DNA of 32,000 nucleotides from Moraxella nasicaprae (GTDB lineage Bacteria; Pseudomonadota; Gammaproteobacteria; Pseudomonadales; Moraxellaceae): NCBI RefSeq assembly GCF_025643275.1, contig NZ_CP089977.1, positions 360,001 to 392,000 of the forward strand, read 5' to 3'. Shown piece by piece: positions 27,171 to 32,000 of this stretch (position 1 is its first letter; each line of letters starts with the position of its first letter). The notes under the pieces were generated by a model. It saw only the letters and a program-made list of their open reading frames with translations, ran no database searches and was not told where the DNA came from. The position numbers and the translations under genes were made by a program.

Positions 27171-27680
27171 TCACAGACCAATCTCGCCAATGAATGGTAG
27201 ATGGCGGTATTTTTGGTCGTAATCCAGTCCATAGCCAACGATGAATTTGTCCTCAACCTCAAAGCCTAAAAACTGCACAGGCAAGTCAATCACACGGCGA
27301 GACGGCTTGGATACCAGCGTACAGATGTTGATAGAGTTTGGGTTGCGAGTGTGTAGGATTTCCATTACCTTAGATAGCGTACGACCAGAATCAATGATGT
27401 CTTCGACAATTAGTACATCTTTGCCAGCAATCTCGCTGTCTAAATCTTGGATAATCTTAACATCGCCACTAGATACGGTGGACTTGTTGATATAGCTTGA
27501 CACCGTCATAAAGTCAATCTCGTGCGACTTGTTGATTTGACGGCACAAATCTGCCATAAACAGCACCGAGCCACGCAACAAGCCAACCAGCACCAGCTCT
27601 TTATCGCTATTGGCATAGTGGGCGTTGATGGCATCGCCTAATTCTTTGACACGCTGGGCGATTTGCTCAGCAGAAATCAT
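27171..27680 (-). CDS. hpt: Hypoxanthine phosphoribosyltransferase
   Basis: PRPP-binding motif VLIVEDIIDSGRTL. LLRGS and FIVGYGLDY motifs typical of Hpt. The ATG at 27680 gives 169 aa. Confidence 0.9.
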   Translation of the reverse strand: MISAEQIAQRVKELGDAINAHYANSDKELVLVGLLRGSVLFMADLCRQINKSHEIDFMTVSSYINKSTVSSGDVKIIQDLDSEIAGKDVLIVEDIIDSGRTLSKVMEILHTRNPNSINICTLVSKPSRRVIDLPVQFLGFEVEDKFIVGYGLDYDQKYRHLPFIGEIGL

Positions 27681-27917
27681 CACGGTTAATTCTCTTGGTT
27701 CGCTCACAAGGCTACTCCTAAAAACAATCACAAATGATGGCTGATAAGCACATCACAAAGAACAAAATCACTTCCCCAATATCTGATATATTGGCAGTCA
27801 TGCTGGCTTGTATAGGATTTTGCCCAAATTAGCCAATCTTTGTAAGGCTTGATGATAAACCATCATCAAATCATAATATATCAGCGTAAAAGACACGCCA
27901 AATAGATAAAATACCTA

Positions 27918-29186
27918 TTATACCAAACTTAATGCCATTTCCGATAGAATAAATTGACGAATATCATTGAGCATCGTGGTATCGTAGTTATGAATAAAGG
28001 CAAAAGACAGCTGACGGCTTGGGTCACAGAACGCCACAGAACCGTTATAACCCATGTGTCCATAGGCTTGGCTGGCGTTTTGCAAGCTAAATACTCGATG
28101 AAATCCAGCTCGCCAACGCATATTGGCAGGCATCACAGCATCGAAGCCGTCTGTATAGATGGCTTGCATCTGAGTAAGTGTCTGGGCATTGATGAGGATT
28201 TGGTCTTGCCAGATACCATCATTGGCGTGCATGGCGTAGATGGTTGCCAACGCATTGGCGGTAGAGACACCATTTGCCGCAGGAATGACTGCCGTCAAAA
28301 CTTCATCGCTATGATAGCTTAGCCCATCTCGCCCATTTGGCATTAGAGCGTTTTTATAATTAACCAAATTCATCTGACTGGTGTCAAAATACAGTCGATT
28401 GATGTTGGCGGTGGTCAGCTCACTCGCCTGTTGCCAAAGTGGTGTTACAGGTAGCTCGCCTAAGGTTTGTTTGGTGGCATCGCTGTCAGGTTTTAGGGTT
28501 GGCTTGCGTCTGGGGGCGTCTGCTGTCTGTGGGTCAAAATATCGCTCGGGCTTGGCAATCAAATGCAACTTATCACTTGGCACGCCATAGTATAGCTGAC
28601 CCACCAAATCCAAAGGCTTGGCAAGATACTCATCAAGAGCCGCTTGCAAACTTAGCCCTGTTACACGCTCAACCAATCCACCCAAAATCCAGCCAGACAC
28701 TAAGGCACTGTACGCACTGGCATAATGCTTGCTTTCTTGACCTGCTGGCGTGCTGGTTGGCATCTGTGCCACCAAATCAGTCATCGCCTGCCAGTCAATC
28801 AGCGTCTGGGTATCGCTTGCCACCGAACGAACATCAAATAAGCCTGCGGTATGCGTCAAGACATCAATCAAGCGAATGTGCTGCTTGCCCTGCTTAGCAA
28901 ATGCTTGCCAGTAATGAGCGATGGGCATTTGATAATCTAGCATTCCTTTGGATACCAAAATGGCAATCAAAGTCGCCATCACGCCTTTACCGATGGAAAA
29001 ATTGACCGACAAAGTATCGGTCGTCCACGCCATGTCAGGTAAAGCAAGCCCTGTGGCGGTATTCACCACTTGCTTGCCTTGATGGTAAATCGCCAATGCA
29101 CCACCACAAGGAGCATCGTCAAACTGAGTCAGTGCTAATAGTTCGTCAAAATCTTGCCAGTCAATCATTGGTGTTATTCTTGTCAT
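27918..29186 (-). CDS. Serine hydrolase of the beta-lactamase/transpeptidase-like (class C / EstB esterase) family
   Basis: SxxK nucleophile motif FSIGKGV and overall size around 420 aa. Start is uncertain (ATG at 29186 or 29168); the ORF-track Met codons at 29219-29225 lie inside the upstream terminator hairpin. Confidence 0.7.
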   Translation of the reverse strand: MTRITPMIDWQDFDELLALTQFDDAPCGGALAIYHQGKQVVNTATGLALPDMAWTTDTLSVNFSIGKGVMATLIAILVSKGMLDYQMPIAHYWQAFAKQGKQHIRLIDVLTHTAGLFDVRSVASDTQTLIDWQAMTDLVAQMPTSTPAGQESKHYASAYSALVSGWILGGLVERVTGLSLQAALDEYLAKPLDLVGQLYYGVPSDKLHLIAKPERYFDPQTADAPRRKPTLKPDSDATKQTLGELPVTPLWQQASELTTANINRLYFDTSQMNLVNYKNALMPNGRDGLSYHSDEVLTAVIPAANGVSTANALATIYAMHANDGIWQDQILINAQTLTQMQAIYTDGFDAVMPANMRWRAGFHRVFSLQNASQAYGHMGYNGSVAFCDPSRQLSFAFIHNYDTTMLNDIRQFILSEMALSLV

Positions 29187-29205
29187 TAGGTTAGGATAAA
29201 GATAA

Positions 29206-29242
29206 ACAAAAAACGACATCATCAACCAGATGCCGTTTTTTG
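29206..29242. terminator. Hairpin with flanking A/T runs between the MaoC gene and the serine hydrolase gene
   Basis: acgacatc-atcaacca-gatgccgt (a G-U wobble on the minus strand), flanked by A7 and T6. Confidence 0.6.
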
Positions 29243-29251
29243 TTTGATGAT

Positions 29252-30145
29252 TTATAGATAGGCGATGCTACCCACCAAATGCGGTTTTTCGCCATCAGCT
29301 TGATAAATGCCAAATTCAATACCGATTTGACAAGGAGTGTCGCTGATAAGCTCAACCTGCGATGGTAAAAATATCGGCTGTTTAAAAGTCACATCGACAC
29401 GATAAGAATCTGGCAATTCATAGGTCTTGGCAAGGATTGCCAATGCTTTTGCCTTACTCCACATACCATGAGCGATTGCCTTTGGAAAGCCAAAAGCCCT
29501 TGCTGACAATGGGTGTAGATGAATCAAATTAAAATCGCCCGACACGAACGCATAGCGTCTGCCAATATCTTCGGCAATGCTCAGCACTTCATGTACGCCC
29601 CCTGCCATTGGTTCAGGTTTTGGGGTGGCGATGGGTCGTGGTGCGGTAGATTGCTCTTTGGGTTGTTTGGATTTTTTTTGACGACACAAATAAGTCGATA
29701 CCCCCTCCCAAATCAGCTCATCGCCCACAGATACGCTGGTGATGAAATCAAACTGCTGCCCTTTGTCATGTCCACGCAAATTATCCAAACGCACCGACAT
29801 ACTGACTGTCTGGGTATCAAAAATCGCCCGATGTACCGTCACGCTATTTTCTAGATGTACCAGTCCAAGCATCGCAAATGGAAAGTTTGGCTTTGCCATC
29901 ATGTTCATCTGCAAAGTCTGAGACAATACCGCAAAATAAGTCGCTGGCACTCGTCCATCGTCCACAAAACCACAGATTTTGCGGTATTCTTGCAAGTTGG
30001 CTTGGTCAATTACCAGCTTATCCACCACATAGACATCATCAGGCAAAGTAGTTGCTTTTTTGTCATTACTTGGCAATAGGCTTTTGATGACATTGGCGTA
30101 AGTGGTGTGCATCTTTGGCAACTGGTCAAATTGTTTTTTTGACAT
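29252..30145 (-). CDS. MaoC-like (R)-specific enoyl-CoA/ACP hydratase, double hot-dog (HtdX-like)
   Basis: Hydratase-2 motif YAFVSGDFNLIHLHP in the C-terminal half. At 297 aa it is consistent with a fused double hot-dog fold. Confidence 0.85.
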   Translation of the reverse strand: MSKKQFDQLPKMHTTYANVIKSLLPSNDKKATTLPDDVYVVDKLVIDQANLQEYRKICGFVDDGRVPATYFAVLSQTLQMNMMAKPNFPFAMLGLVHLENSVTVHRAIFDTQTVSMSVRLDNLRGHDKGQQFDFITSVSVGDELIWEGVSTYLCRQKKSKQPKEQSTAPRPIATPKPEPMAGGVHEVLSIAEDIGRRYAFVSGDFNLIHLHPLSARAFGFPKAIAHGMWSKAKALAILAKTYELPDSYRVDVTFKQPIFLPSQVELISDTPCQIGIEFGIYQADGEKPHLVGSIAYL

Positions 30146-30175
30146 ACATTATCCTACTGTTTATTGACGAACCAA

Positions 30176-31546
30176 TCATGCACCCAAGATACTCTGACCG
30201 CAAACACGCACCACACGACCATTGATACCGCCTGCTTGTGGTGCAATCAGCCAAGCAATCGTCTCAGCCACATCAACAGGTTCGCCCCCTTGTGTCATCG
30301 AGTTCATACGGCGACCCGCCTCTCGAATGGCAAATGGAATTTGCCCTGTCATCTTGGTTTCGATAAATCCTGGTGCGACTGCATTGATGGTGCGATGAGT
30401 GCCTTTAAATAGTTTGGCAGTCGCCTCAACCAAGCCAATCACGCCAGCTTTACTCATTGCATAGTTGGTCTGACCTAGATTGCCAGCGATGCCCGAAATG
30501 GACGATATGCACACGATGCGTGCAGCATCAGACAGACCATCGTGTGCCAATAGATAATCATTGATGCGTGCAATGGCAGTCAAGTTAATGCCTAGCACCA
30601 AATCCCACTTATCCTCACTCATGTTTGCCAAAGTCTTATCACGAGTTACGCCTGCATTATGCACCACACCATCAAGCTGACCACAAGCACGCACAATCTG
30701 CTCGCCTGCATCGTCTGCTGTGATGTCAAGCGGTAATGCCTGACCGCCAATCTGTCCAGCCACTTTTTGTAGCTCTGGCAAGGCTTGTGGTACATCAAGA
30801 CAATACACTTTTGCCCCATCTCGTGCCAAGATAGTGGCGATGGCTTGACCGATACCACGACTTGCCCCTGTTACTAGGATTTTTTTGCCAGCCAAAGTGT
30901 CATTGGTCTGATAAGATGATTGGCAAATCGTAATCGGCTGACCTGACACATAGGCAGATTTTGCTGACATGAAGAAATTTAAAGTGTGTTCCAGTTCGTT
31001 TTCTGCACCTTTTTGTAGGTATAGCACTTGGGCGGTGATGCCTTTTTTAAACTCTTTGGCAACCGACTTAACAAAACCCAACAACGCTCTTTGAGCAAGG
31101 GCAAAATGCACATCGCCCCCTGTGCAACAATCAGGGCGAGCAATGACAATGATTCTGCCTGATGACTTGATACGACGAGCAATCAGATGAAAAAACTCAT
31201 AAACCTGTTTTAGGTCATCGCTGTTTTTTAGGTTGGTGGCATCAAAAATTGCCACTTTAAAGCGAGCATTCTCATCGCTCAATCGCTCAGTTAAGCTGGT
31301 GCTGGCAAGCGTCAATAATTCGCCTTGATTGGTGGAAATGTTGGCAGATAGCTTGCCCAAAATCTGTGCCAACTGCTGACGCACCGCCTCATCATCGCCC
31401 ACAGACAGACCCAGTGCCACCTCGCCACGCAAAATCGGCTGACCTGCTTCATAGCGGTCAAGTTTCATTGGGACAGGCAGTCCTAGATTTTTGGCAACTT
31501 TTCTACCCAAAGAAGACTGCATCAATTCGCCATAACGGTCACTCAT
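30176..31546 (-). CDS. High-molecular-weight 3-oxoacyl-ACP/CoA reductase (FabG4-like SDR with an extra N-terminal domain)
   Basis: C-terminal SDR domain with TGASRGIG cofactor motif, NAG, and catalytic S...YAMSK. About 200-aa N-terminal domain lacking the Gly-rich motif. The ATG at 31546 is preceded by gggaga. Confidence 0.85.
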   Translation of the reverse strand: MSDRYGELMQSSLGRKVAKNLGLPVPMKLDRYEAGQPILRGEVALGLSVGDDEAVRQQLAQILGKLSANISTNQGELLTLASTSLTERLSDENARFKVAIFDATNLKNSDDLKQVYEFFHLIARRIKSSGRIIVIARPDCCTGGDVHFALAQRALLGFVKSVAKEFKKGITAQVLYLQKGAENELEHTLNFFMSAKSAYVSGQPITICQSSYQTNDTLAGKKILVTGASRGIGQAIATILARDGAKVYCLDVPQALPELQKVAGQIGGQALPLDITADDAGEQIVRACGQLDGVVHNAGVTRDKTLANMSEDKWDLVLGINLTAIARINDYLLAHDGLSDAARIVCISSISGIAGNLGQTNYAMSKAGVIGLVEATAKLFKGTHRTINAVAPGFIETKMTGQIPFAIREAGRRMNSMTQGGEPVDVAETIAWLIAPQAGGINGRVVRVCGQSILGA

Positions 31547-31731
31547 AATTTCTCCCAAAAATTGGCTGTATTGCTATTTTATTTTATGCTAACACCTTAC
31601 CACAAAATCATCAAAAAACCAAACCCAACTTACATACCAAATACCACATTTAACGCACAAAAAACCGCCAGCCAGCTTAATGAACCCATCAAAACACCGA
31701 CCGACGGTTACAAATAAAGCAGTAAAGGCAA

Positions 31732-32000
31732 TCAGGTCAGCGTGGTCTGCTTAGTCTCACGCACCATCAATAAACCAATCAACGACAGCACCGCATTGAC
31801 AAGCATATAGCAGCCCACGCCAATAAGACCAAACTGAGCGTTAAGCTTGATGGCGACGATGGTTGCTACACTTGCCCCCAAAATGCCCGCCAAAGTAAAA
31901 CCAAGCGACGCACCCAGATAACGCACCTGCGTGGCAAATAACTCAGGCAAAATCACCGCCATTGGTCCAAAATTTGCCCCAAGCAAAACCATGCCAATGC
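31732..32000 (-). CDS. C-terminal part of an MFS transporter (metabolite:H+ symporter, ProP/KgtP-like); continues beyond the window
   Basis: PELFATQVRY.G.S........G is typical of the last TM helices of MHS-family MFS proteins. The frame is open to the window edge. Confidence 0.65.
   Translation of the reverse strand, partial: IGMVLLGANFGPMAVILPELFATQVRYLGASLGFTLAGILGASVATIVAIKLNAQFGLIGVGCYMLVNAVLSLIGLLMVRETKQTTLT

Overview
The window looks like a chromosomal segment of a Moraxellaceae-like gammaproteobacterium. That assignment rests only on gene content and AT-leaning composition judged by eye. Most of it is housekeeping: MFS transporter, rep, ispB, DAHP synthase, smrB, tatD, a TonB-dependent receptor, ahcY-metF-rsmE, folP, hflX, lrgAB-like genes, folD, hpt, a serine hydrolase, a MaoC dehydratase plus a high-molecular-weight FabG, and an MFS fragment. 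One clearly accessory islet lies at about 17.1-26.1 kb, between the lrgAB-like genes and folD. It holds a 943-bp IS630-family element with a TA duplication and an A7G frameshift site. It also holds a 1889-aa trimeric autotransporter adhesin (TAA), followed 66 nt later by a TpgA-like BamE/OmpA_C lipoprotein. Upstream of the adhesin is a 740-bp very AT-rich non-coding tract carrying a G12 homopolymer next to an extended -10 promoter. I saw no rRNA, tRNA, CRISPR array or defence-island signature, and no convincing wholly new multi-gene system. The signals most worth follow-up are the homopolymer switch candidate at the adhesin promoter, the adhesin/TpgA-like pair, an AU-rich SAH-riboswitch-like leader upstream of ahcY, and a FabG4/HtdX-type gene pair. 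In the ahcY leader, a 3' strand can pair either with the aptamer or with the ahcY start codon. All family assignments come from reading motifs in the supplied translations; no database search was run.
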